Source of the DNA: Candidatus Pacearchaeota archaeon
GTDB lineage: Archaea; Nanobdellota; Nanobdellia; Pacearchaeales; GW2011-AR1
Direction: 5' to 3'
Length of the DNA: 64,000 nucleotides
Assembly (NCBI GenBank): GCA_038885615.1
Contig: JAVZZP010000002.1
Coordinates: 698-64,697 of the forward strand
A model generated the notes under the pieces. That model was not told the origin of the DNA. It saw only the letters and a program-made list of their open reading frames with translations, and searched no databases. Position numbers and translations under genes: made by a program. Positions 56,247 through 64,000 of this stretch are shown here, piece by piece; position 1 is the first letter of the stretch, and each line of letters starts with the position of its first letter.

Positions 56247-56498
56247 ATGGAAGTAAAAGCAGGCATTCCTTTAGGAGTAAGAATTCTTGCAGTATTTCTT
56301 TATTGTTTTTCTCCACTCTTCTTATTAATAAGTTTTTTCTTTTTTTTTGTTTCTAATATAATTAAAAATTTTTTATTAGAAAGCAATATTTCTTCCTCTA
56401 AAAAATTTTATTTTTTTACGGCCAACATTTCTATTTTCGCAGTAATATTTTTTTTTCTTAGCACTATCTTACTTTTTTTTGGCCAAAGGATTATTTAA
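56247..56498 (+). CDS. small membrane protein, hypothetical
   Basis: SD AAGGAGGT 6 nt upstream; two TMs. Confidence 0.25.
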   Translation: MEVKAGIPLGVRILAVFLYCFSPLFLLISFFFFFVSNIIKNFLLESNISSSKKFYFFTANISIFAVIFFFLSTILLFFGQRII

Positions 56499-56717
56499 AG
56501 GCTGGCCTTTAGCGAGGCTACTTTCTATACTGTTGTTTCTAGGTAATTTTTTTGTTTCAATTTTTTTATTTTTCGTGGAATTTTTTAGAATTTTTTGTTT
56601 TTATTCTTATTATAAATCTCTCTTTTTTAATTTATTTTTTATTTAGCAAAAAAGTGAAAGAATTTTTTCAATAACTTTTTTCAAAACTCTTTTAAAACCC
56701 TCTTTCTTTAATTTTTT

Positions 56718-58310
56718 ATGGATTTGAACACTTTGTGGTTTATTTTAGTTGGGGTCGTTCTTTTTATTTTTGGAATTGAGAATTTTAGCAGCGAGATTCA
56801 GCGAGGGGCTGGAAGCTGGCTCAATAATATTTTAAAAAAGGCAACAAAGAATCGTTGGTATGGTGCTTTTTTTGGTTTTTTGACAACTGCCTTAGTTAAT
56901 TCCAGCACTGCCACAACCTTGATTGCCGTTGGTTTGGTAAATGCTGGGTTGATTTCTTTTGCCCAATCTTTGCCTTTAATTTTTGGGGCAAATATTGGTT
57001 CTACAATAACGGCGCAATTAATTGCTTTCAAAATAACAAGGTATGCTTTTATTTTTTTGATTTTTGGTTTTGTTTTAAGCTTTTTTAGAAAAACAAAATT
57101 TGTAGGCAAATCTCTTTTTTATTTTGGTTTGGTCTTTTTTGCTTTTAATTTAATTTCCGAAGCAGTCGCCCCATTTTCAAAAGATCCTGAAGTTATAAAA
57201 ATTTTTTATTCTTATAATAATTTTTATTTGTTAATCTTAATTGGCTTTTTGTTTACTGCAATTGTTAATTCTAGTGCTCTAACTTTAGGAACAATTATTG
57301 TTTTAGCTTTCAATGGTTTTTTTGGTTTAAATGAGGCCTTTCCTTTAATTTTAGGGGCTAATCTTGGAACAACACTAACATCTTTTGTTGCTTCTTTCAG
57401 AATGGATTTGCATGCAAAAAGAGTTGCTTTTTCGCATATTCTTTTTAATGTTTTAGGAGTTTTTTTAATAATTCCATTTTCCATGCCTTTTTTGAAGTTT
57501 ATCGTTTTTTTAGGAGGAGATATAGGCAGGCAAGTTGCAAATGCGCATCTTTTTTTTAATCTTTTTGTAGCATTATTTTTTCTTTTTCTTTTGAATCCTT
57601 TTAAAAGAATTATTGAAGTTTTAGTAAGGGGAAACGAAGAAGAAATTGTTCTAACTCCAAAGTATTTAACCGGAGAAAAAATTCCCGAGAAGAAAAGCGA
57701 GGTTTTTTCTTTAGTGGAAAAAGAACTTAAATATGCTATGGAAATAAATGAGAAAATATTGATTTATTCTAAAGAATATCTGACCAAAGGAGAAGAAAAA
57801 ACTTTAAGAAAATTAGAAAAACTTTGCAGACTTTCTAATGTTGTTACCTCAAAAATAGGTGAGACTTTGTTTAAGTTTTCTGTTAGAAAATTAACAGATG
57901 AGGAGGCAAAGAAAGTTTTGTATTTGATAAGGTTAGTTAATGCGAGCGAGCAGTTGGGAGATTTAGCAGGCGATTTGGCTTTTCTTCCAGAAAAATTAAG
58001 AGAGAAAAACTTGCCCCAAAGAGCAGATATAAAAAAGATAAGTTTGCTTTTTGATTTATCAATTGATTTATTAAAAAAAATAAATTCCGGCTTCCCAAGA
58101 GGTTTAGATAAAAAAGAGTTTAATCGTCTTCATAGCGATAAGATTGTTAAACTATTAGATAAGCAATATTCTTCTAATATTGATGAGTTGAAAAAAGAAG
58201 ATTATTCTGAGGGAAGCTTTTTTGTTGAGGCCTCTTCAATTCTCGAAGAAATTCTTTTTAAGATAAGAGAGATAACTCTTTTGTGTAATGATTTATCAAA
58301 GTTAGAGTAA
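56718..58310 (+). CDS. Na+/phosphate cotransporter family protein (NptA-like) with C-terminal PhoU-like domain
   Basis: Duplicated GANIGST / GANLGTT motifs, helical C-terminal domain. Confidence 0.75.
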   Translation: MDLNTLWFILVGVVLFIFGIENFSSEIQRGAGSWLNNILKKATKNRWYGAFFGFLTTALVNSSTATTLIAVGLVNAGLISFAQSLPLIFGANIGSTITAQLIAFKITRYAFIFLIFGFVLSFFRKTKFVGKSLFYFGLVFFAFNLISEAVAPFSKDPEVIKIFYSYNNFYLLILIGFLFTAIVNSSALTLGTIIVLAFNGFFGLNEAFPLILGANLGTTLTSFVASFRMDLHAKRVAFSHILFNVLGVFLIIPFSMPFLKFIVFLGGDIGRQVANAHLFFNLFVALFFLFLLNPFKRIIEVLVRGNEEEIVLTPKYLTGEKIPEKKSEVFSLVEKELKYAMEINEKILIYSKEYLTKGEEKTLRKLEKLCRLSNVVTSKIGETLFKFSVRKLTDEEAKKVLYLIRLVNASEQLGDLAGDLAFLPEKLREKNLPQRADIKKISLLFDLSIDLLKKINSGFPRGLDKKEFNRLHSDKIVKLLDKQYSSNIDELKKEDYSEGSFFVEASSILEEILFKIREITLLCNDLSKLE

Positions 58311-58347
58311 GCTTTTAATACTTACATTATTTAATTAATATTGAAAG

Positions 58348-61300
58348 ATGGTGAATAAAAAGTCTCTTGGTTTAATTTTGTTATTTGGAATGTTATTCTT
58401 TTTAGCTTTTTTTGTTTTTGCTGTACAATGGAATGAAGGTATTGAAAATTTTCAAGCTTTAGAAGATTATTTATATTTTTATAATGTTTCTCTGAATGTC
58501 ACCAATGTTTCTTGGAATTTAGAGATATCATTTATACCTGACCAAACAGATTCTATTCAGTGGGATAATGGAGCAACAATTTTAAATTTTACAAGTTTAG
58601 AACAGATACCCTGGTTTTTTTATAATTACTCCTCTTTTATTTTGAGAATAAATTCAACATTAGATAATCAGAGTGGAAAATTTCGTATTTTGTTTAGAGC
58701 AAAAGACAATGAAACCCTTGCAGGAGTTAATAATTATCTTTTTTTTATCATTAACGCAACAAACGACGCACCGGTTTTTTTAAATCTTCAAAATTTTTTG
58801 AATCCTTACAATACAAGTGCACCTGTTGGTGGAAGTTCTTTTTTTAATGTGAGTTTTAGTGGTTGGGATGAGGAAGTCCATTATCCATTAGAGATCACAA
58901 GCTTAAATTTTTTAGAATGTGCTAAGGCGCCTTGGACGAACACCTCAAATTGTTTTTTAGAAAATTCTTTTTATAGTATTGGAAATACAACTTTAATAAT
59001 TAATTTTACTAATCTAACAAAAGAAAATGTTGGAATTTATAATTTAAGTGTTTGTATCAAGGATAACATAAATTCAACAATTAATTATCCTATTTATAGG
59101 GTTTCTGATTATAATGAAAACAAGACATCTTGTCAAAATTTTTCTTTAAATGTTTTTTATTATTTAAGTATCGATGCTTCTAATTGTTCAGGGCTTTCTT
59201 TGGTTGAAGGACAAGATCTTTTTTGCTACATTAATGTTACGACGAAAAAATCTTCTGAAAGTTTTAATATATGGAGCAATGCTTTTTTGAATTTTTCAAA
59301 TGCGGATTCTTTTATAAATCAGCTGACTGGAAAAGATTGGTTTTTATCTTTGAATCAAAATAACTCGCAAGATTTTTTTAAACAAGTTTTTATTAATATA
59401 ACTAATCTGACTAAAATAAACGTCGGAAATTGGACTATAAATGTAAGTGTTAATTTAACAGACGGAAGTTTTGCTTCGCAAAATATTTCTTTTTTCGTAA
59501 ATAAAACAAATTTTGTACCGGTTTTTCTTTTTAATTTTTCTAATCCAGATAATAAAACAGCAGTTAATTCTTTAGCTTATTTTAATTTTTCTTTTTACGA
59601 CGAGGATTTTTTAATCCCGGACAAAAAATTTTATAATGAGACAATAAACTTGACAATAAGAGTCTTTAATAATTTTTCCGGAGAAGAAGTTTTTTGGCAG
59701 AATTTTACAAATAGAACTTTTGTTTATCAGGGAAATTCTTCTTATTCTAATCAGAGTTTAATTTTTACTTCAAATATAAGTCAGGTTGGAATTTGGAGAA
59801 TTAATTTTAGTTATTTGGATAAAGAAGGAAATTATGGGGAGGAAAATTTTTTCTTTGAAGTTTTAAGCAATCAACCACCAATGTGGAATCAAACAATTAT
59901 CTATGTAACCTGTTTGGTTAATTCTACAGAATCAACTACCGATTTTTGTCTCCAAAACATTAATTTAACAAACTCTTCCAATGGTTTTTTATATGCTTAT
60001 GATTTAGATAACGACACTATGGGTTTTTCTGTTATTGGGCAAGCGCCGCCAAGTTTTAGCCTAACACAAAACGGAATTTTAAATTTTAAGCCTTGGAAAA
60101 GAGATGTTTCAATTTACAGGGGGAATTGGGATTTTAATTTGAGTGTTTCTGATCCTTATTTTACAAATTCTAGTTTAAGATTCATAATAAATGTTTCAAA
60201 TGTAAATTCATTACCGAGAATAGAAAATTTAAGCTACCCTCTTTCTACAGATGAAAACAATTTAACTTTAATTTCTTTTAGAGTTTATGATGATGATTTG
60301 TTGATACCTCTGGGTTATACTTCCCCTCGAGAAGGCAATTTTACTTTTTCAAAAATTTCTTATGCTTTGTCAGGGCAACAAAATTTATCTCTTTCAGATT
60401 TTTCAGATTGGTCCCATTTAATAGACGGAAGTTCAAACAATTTTTTAGTTAATTTTTCATTTACTCCGAACAAATCACATGTTGGAAATCACACAATAAA
60501 CATAAGCGTTTATGACAGATTTGGAATTTCAACTTTGAATTGGACAGCTTTTAATATAACTGTTTTTGGAATAAACAACAAGCCAGAGTTTTCGCAAAAT
60601 TTAACTAATATTAGCACCGCTATAGGAAGAAACTTTTATTTAAAAGTCAATGCGACCGATATTGAAGATGGGGATGATTCCCAAGGAAATTTAGTTTTTA
60701 ATTATTCTTTACTAAGTAGAACTTTTTGGGGCAGAAATACGAAAACAGAAAGAATTTTTGATTGCGAAGGTTGTTTTAATTTTACGAGAGGAATTTTTAA
60801 TTTAAGTTTAAATCAAAGTCATGCTGGTGTTTATGCTATAAATGTTAGCGTTATGGATAGGGGATATTCAAATAAACCAAATGAAACTTCTTGGCAGGTT
60901 TTTTGGCTTTTCTTTTATGATTATCCAGAAATATTATCTCCGGCAGAAAATTTCCAGTTTAATTTTTCAGAGAACTCAACACAGAATTTTATTTTTTTAG
61001 CTAACCATTCTGTCGGAGATCCTCTGGTTTATGAGATTTATGTTGACAGGGTAAAATGTGCTTACCAAAATCCAAACTCTTGTATTTATGAGAATCTTAC
61101 TAGAGTTGGTCAAACAATCTATCTTGGAAATGGAATAAATGAGTACAACTTTTCAAGATATTTTGGTTTTGATGAGGAAACATATGGAAATTTAAAGAAT
61201 CTAACGTTGGTTGTTTATCCTGCTAGCGAAAGCTTGGACAACAAATCGCTTCTGAATTCTTCTAGAAATTTCAAGCTTAATATAACGCATGTTAATTTTC

Positions 61301-62361
61301 CACCAAATATATCAAATATAGGTGCTCATGGGAGTACTTATGGCACTACGACACCTATTAGAATTAATATGTCTCAATATGTTTTTGATTATGATAAGGA
61401 AGATTCTTTTTATAAAGAGAATTTAACATACTATATACAAAGCACTTCTTCAAGAAGTGAAATTTATTTAGGTTCTACTGATAGCGGAGATTTTTTATTG
61501 CCCAAAATTACAAATAATAGTTTAATAGAATTGTATGCTTTAAAGGAACTTTCAGAAACACTTTATGTTATTGCTAATGACTCTTCTAATAATTCTGTTA
61601 GAAGCAATAATTTTTCAGTTGTTTTTTCTTCACCAAATGTTCAGCAGGTTCAGGTGCCCTCTTCTGGCGGAGGAAGTTCAGCAACTCAAACGAAATTTGT
61701 TTCTTTATCTATTAGTGTTCCTACAGTTATTAGAGCAAAACTTAATGACTCTTTGGAAGTTCCGATAATAATAAGCAATAGCGGGGAAATGAAAATTTCT
61801 CAAATAAATATTGTTTCTGGTTTTAAGCAAATTTCAGATGAAAAAATAATGATTAATCTATCTTCTGATTTTATTGAGTCACTTGATATAGGTCAGTCAA
61901 AAAATATTACGGCATACCTTAAGGTAGACGCTAGAAGAGCAGGAAGATATTTGGCTTTTATAAACGCCTCTTCAAACAATCCTAGAATTTTTCAGGAAGC
62001 AAATTTTTACATAGAAATAGAAACGATTCCCGGAGTAAATGTTGAAGAAGTGTTGGTTTTTACCGAGAAGATATTGGCAGACAATCCGGAGTGTGCAGAG
62101 CTTAGGGAAAGGGTAAGAGAAGTTGAGAAATTAAGGGAAAACGGAGATTTTGAAAAAGCTATTAAATTGGCAAATGAAATTGTTGATTCTTGCAAAAAAA
62201 CAATATCTCAAAAAAGAAATTTTATTATTTTTCAGAGAGAAGTTCCTAAAGTTATTTTTATTTTAGCTTCTTCAATAGTAATAATTTTTATTGCATTTAT
62301 TTCCTTTATTATTTATAAAAGAGTTAAATTTAATAAGTCAATTAAAGAGGAATATATATGA
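58348..62361 (+). CDS. giant surface protein (1337 aa): signal peptide, sequon-rich beta domains, GS linker, C-terminal TM anchor
   Basis: MVNKKSLGLILLFGMLFFLAFFVFA; >120 N-x-S/T; SSGGGSSATQ; TM VIFILASSIVIIFIAFISFIIY + KRVKFNKS tail. Confidence 0.55.
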   Translation: MVNKKSLGLILLFGMLFFLAFFVFAVQWNEGIENFQALEDYLYFYNVSLNVTNVSWNLEISFIPDQTDSIQWDNGATILNFTSLEQIPWFFYNYSSFILRINSTLDNQSGKFRILFRAKDNETLAGVNNYLFFIINATNDAPVFLNLQNFLNPYNTSAPVGGSSFFNVSFSGWDEEVHYPLEITSLNFLECAKAPWTNTSNCFLENSFYSIGNTTLIINFTNLTKENVGIYNLSVCIKDNINSTINYPIYRVSDYNENKTSCQNFSLNVFYYLSIDASNCSGLSLVEGQDLFCYINVTTKKSSESFNIWSNAFLNFSNADSFINQLTGKDWFLSLNQNNSQDFFKQVFINITNLTKINVGNWTINVSVNLTDGSFASQNISFFVNKTNFVPVFLFNFSNPDNKTAVNSLAYFNFSFYDEDFLIPDKKFYNETINLTIRVFNNFSGEEVFWQNFTNRTFVYQGNSSYSNQSLIFTSNISQVGIWRINFSYLDKEGNYGEENFFFEVLSNQPPMWNQTIIYVTCLVNSTESTTDFCLQNINLTNSSNGFLYAYDLDNDTMGFSVIGQAPPSFSLTQNGILNFKPWKRDVSIYRGNWDFNLSVSDPYFTNSSLRFIINVSNVNSLPRIENLSYPLSTDENNLTLISFRVYDDDLLIPLGYTSPREGNFTFSKISYALSGQQNLSLSDFSDWSHLIDGSSNNFLVNFSFTPNKSHVGNHTINISVYDRFGISTLNWTAFNITVFGINNKPEFSQNLTNISTAIGRNFYLKVNATDIEDGDDSQGNLVFNYSLLSRTFWGRNTKTERIFDCEGCFNFTRGIFNLSLNQSHAGVYAINVSVMDRGYSNKPNETSWQVFWLFFYDYPEILSPAENFQFNFSENSTQNFIFLANHSVGDPLVYEIYVDRVKCAYQNPNSCIYENLTRVGQTIYLGNGINEYNFSRYFGFDEETYGNLKNLTLVVYPASESLDNKSLLNSSRNFKLNITHVNFPPNISNIGAHGSTYGTTTPIRINMSQYVFDYDKEDSFYKENLTYYIQSTSSRSEIYLGSTDSGDFLLPKITNNSLIELYALKELSETLYVIANDSSNNSVRSNNFSVVFSSPNVQQVQVPSSGGGSSATQTKFVSLSISVPTVIRAKLNDSLEVPIIISNSGEMKISQINIVSGFKQISDEKIMINLSSDFIESLDIGQSKNITAYLKVDARRAGRYLAFINASSNNPRIFQEANFYIEIETIPGVNVEEVLVFTEKILADNPECAELRERVREVEKLRENGDFEKAIKLANEIVDSCKKTISQKRNFIIFQREVPKVIFILASSIVIIFIAFISFIIYKRVKFNKSIKEEYI

Positions 62362-63329
62362 AAAAAGAGGTTGATTTAAATGAAGTTCCAGTTTTTATTG
62401 AAAGAATAGACAGAGAGTTGAGCAAAATAATAGTTGGCCAGAAGGGAATTTTTAAAGATATTTTCAGAGCAGTTCTTTGCGAAGGGCATGTTCTTTTGGA
62501 AGGAGTTCCAGGAATTGCCAAAACTTTAATGATTCAATCTTTAGCTAAAATTTTGGGTTGCAACGCCAATAGAATTCAATTTACAGTAGATCTATTGCCA
62601 ACAGATATTCTTGGAATTACTATGTATAATGAAATGGAAAAAAATTTTGAAATAGTTAAAGGACCGATTTTTGCTAATTTTTTAATTGCTGACGAGATAA
62701 ATAGGAGTCCGCCGAAAACACAATCTGCTTTGTTGGAAGCAATGCAGGAAAGGAAAGTTTCTATTGGAAAAACAGATTTTCCTTTGCCAAGGCCTTTTTT
62801 TGTTATGGCAACACAGAATCCGATAGAACAATCAGGCGTTTATCCTTTGCCAGAGGCGCAAGTAGATAGGTTTTTGTTTAAGCTTATTATGAAATATCCT
62901 AACAGCGAAGAAGAAGAAAAAATATTGGAAACAAACATTACAACAAAAAATTTTAATGATTATGACTTAAAGGCAGTTTTAAGCCCAGAAAAAATTATTG
63001 ATTTGCAAAAAAAAGTTAAGAATGTTTATTGTTCTCCGGAAGTTAAGAGGTATATTGTGGATATTGTTCAATTAACAAGAGAGAAAAATACTGAAATTTC
63101 AAAGTATTTGGTTTATGGTGCTAGTCCAAGGGCTTCTATTTCTTTGTATATTGCTGCTAAAGCAGAAGCATTAATGAACGGGCGAAATTATGTGGTTCCA
63201 GAAGATGTTAAGAATGTTGCTCATGTTGTTTTAAGACACAGGCTAATTTTGAGTTTTGAGGCAGAGGCAGATAAAATATCCTCTGATGAAATTGTTGATT
63301 ATTTAATAAAAAATGTTCCAGCACCATGA
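62358..63329 (+). CDS. MoxR-family AAA+ ATPase
   Basis: LLEGVPGIAKT Walker A, DEINRSPPKTQSALLEAMQE. Confidence 0.85.
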   Translation: MKKEVDLNEVPVFIERIDRELSKIIVGQKGIFKDIFRAVLCEGHVLLEGVPGIAKTLMIQSLAKILGCNANRIQFTVDLLPTDILGITMYNEMEKNFEIVKGPIFANFLIADEINRSPPKTQSALLEAMQERKVSIGKTDFPLPRPFFVMATQNPIEQSGVYPLPEAQVDRFLFKLIMKYPNSEEEEKILETNITTKNFNDYDLKAVLSPEKIIDLQKKVKNVYCSPEVKRYIVDIVQLTREKNTEISKYLVYGASPRASISLYIAAKAEALMNGRNYVVPEDVKNVAHVVLRHRLILSFEAEADKISSDEIVDYLIKNVPAP

Positions 63330-63330
63330 A

Positions 63331-64000
63331 ATGGAAAACAAGGTTTTGCAAATTGACTACAAAAAAGAATCTGTTGCTTTTGAAAAAATTTTAAAGAAGT
63401 TTCAGCTAAAAAAAATAATCTATAGGACTCTATTTAAGGGCAAGGGTTTAGAATTTGATGGTTATAGGTTTTTTTTACCGGATGACGATTATTATCAGAT
63501 AGATTGGAAAGCTAGTTTGCGTGTAGGAAAAAAGATGATTAAGCAATATAGAGAAGAAAGAGATGTTTCTGTTTTTTTTCTTGTTGATTGTTCTTCTAGC
63601 GTTCTATTTGGGAGCGGGGATTTATTGAAAGCAGAATACATCGGAAAAATTGTTTGTGTTCTTTCTGATTTGGTAGTTAATAGTGGAGATAAAGCATCTT
63701 TGATAATGTTCTCAGACAAATTAGTAAGGTTTGTTCCTCCCTCATCTAAGAAAGAGCAGGTCTTAATTTTTCATAAATTTCTTTCTGATTTGAACAATTA
63801 CGGGGGAGAATTTGATTTAGAGAGACTTTTGAACTATCTAGCAAGCATAGTCGGTTTTTCTTCTTCTAATTCTTTTGTTTTAATTTCTGATTTTCTTTAT
63901 TTGAAAAGAGGTTTTGAAAAAATAATTCCTTCATTATTAAAGAAAGGAGATTTTTTTTCTATAATGGTTAGAGATAAATTTGATGAAATTCTTCCAAAAG
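63331..64000 (+). CDS. DUF58-family protein (MoxR partner), 3' partial
   Basis: Hand translation MENKVLQIDYKK...GKGLEFDGYRFFLPDDDYYQIDWKAS (DUF58 signature); frame open to window end; not in ORF track (no stop). Confidence 0.65.
   Translation, partial: MENKVLQIDYKKESVAFEKILKKFQLKKIIYRTLFKGKGLEFDGYRFFLPDDDYYQIDWKASLRVGKKMIKQYREERDVSVFFLVDCSSSVLFGSGDLLKAEYIGKIVCVLSDLVVNSGDKASLIMFSDKLVRFVPPSSKKEQVLIFHKFLSDLNNYGGEFDLERLLNYLASIVGFSSSNSFVLISDFLYLKRGFEKIIPSLLKKGDFFSIMVRDKFDEILPK

Noticed and set aside
56798-57484. ORFs 56798..57109(-) and 57224..57484(-)
   Set aside because: Antisense to the Na/Pi cotransporter gene.
63495-63719. ORF 63495..63719(-)
   Set aside because: Antisense to the DUF58 gene that runs to the window end.
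1-64000. CRISPR arrays, cas genes, reverse transcriptase/DGR, integrase or transposase
   Set aside because: No regularly spaced direct repeats, no RT (YxDD) or DDE/tyrosine-recombinase motifs found in any ORF.

Overview
This is an AT-rich (roughly 30% GC), very gene-dense archaeal chromosome segment with short, often overlapping genes and frequent GTG/TTG starts, consistent with a small-genome (DPANN-like) archaeon. Recognisable core genes are a family-B DNA polymerase, FEN-1, RadA, RadB, an RPA-like SSB, a type IA topoisomerase, CDC48, Alba, eS17, aEF-1beta with its Zn-ribbon partner, tRNA-splicing endonuclease, MetAP, a Nop2/NSUN methyltransferase, a short bacterial-type AlaRS, and a MoxR/DUF58 pair. 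Two tRNA genes are present: tRNA-Ala(GGC) and tRNA-Met/Ile2(CAT). The main accessory content is a dispersed archaeal type IV pilus system. Its assembly core (FlaI-like ATPase, FlaJ/TadC-like platform, FlaK/PibD-like prepilin peptidase) lies at 45.9-51.3 kb. A six-gene operon of proteins with class-III ([KR]-[AG]) signal peptides lies at 23.4-27.9 kb, and two further pilin-like genes lie at 31.7-32.9 kb. Flanking these are giant, heavily N-glycosylation-sequon-rich, C-terminally anchored surface proteins (1620 aa, 1337 aa) and other Cys-rich, LamG or beta-helix secreted proteins. Other points are a protein with a PEP-CTERM-like sorting tail, a near-identical 91-bp intragenic duplication in cdc48, two apparently frameshifted or pseudogenised loci (an FGE-sulfatase lipoprotein, and a likely split gene at 21.0-22.3 kb), and a HIT/MazG nucleotide-sanitation cluster. 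No CRISPR array, reverse transcriptase, integrase or transposase was found. Coordinates for items not in the ORF track were counted by hand and may be off by 1-2 nt.
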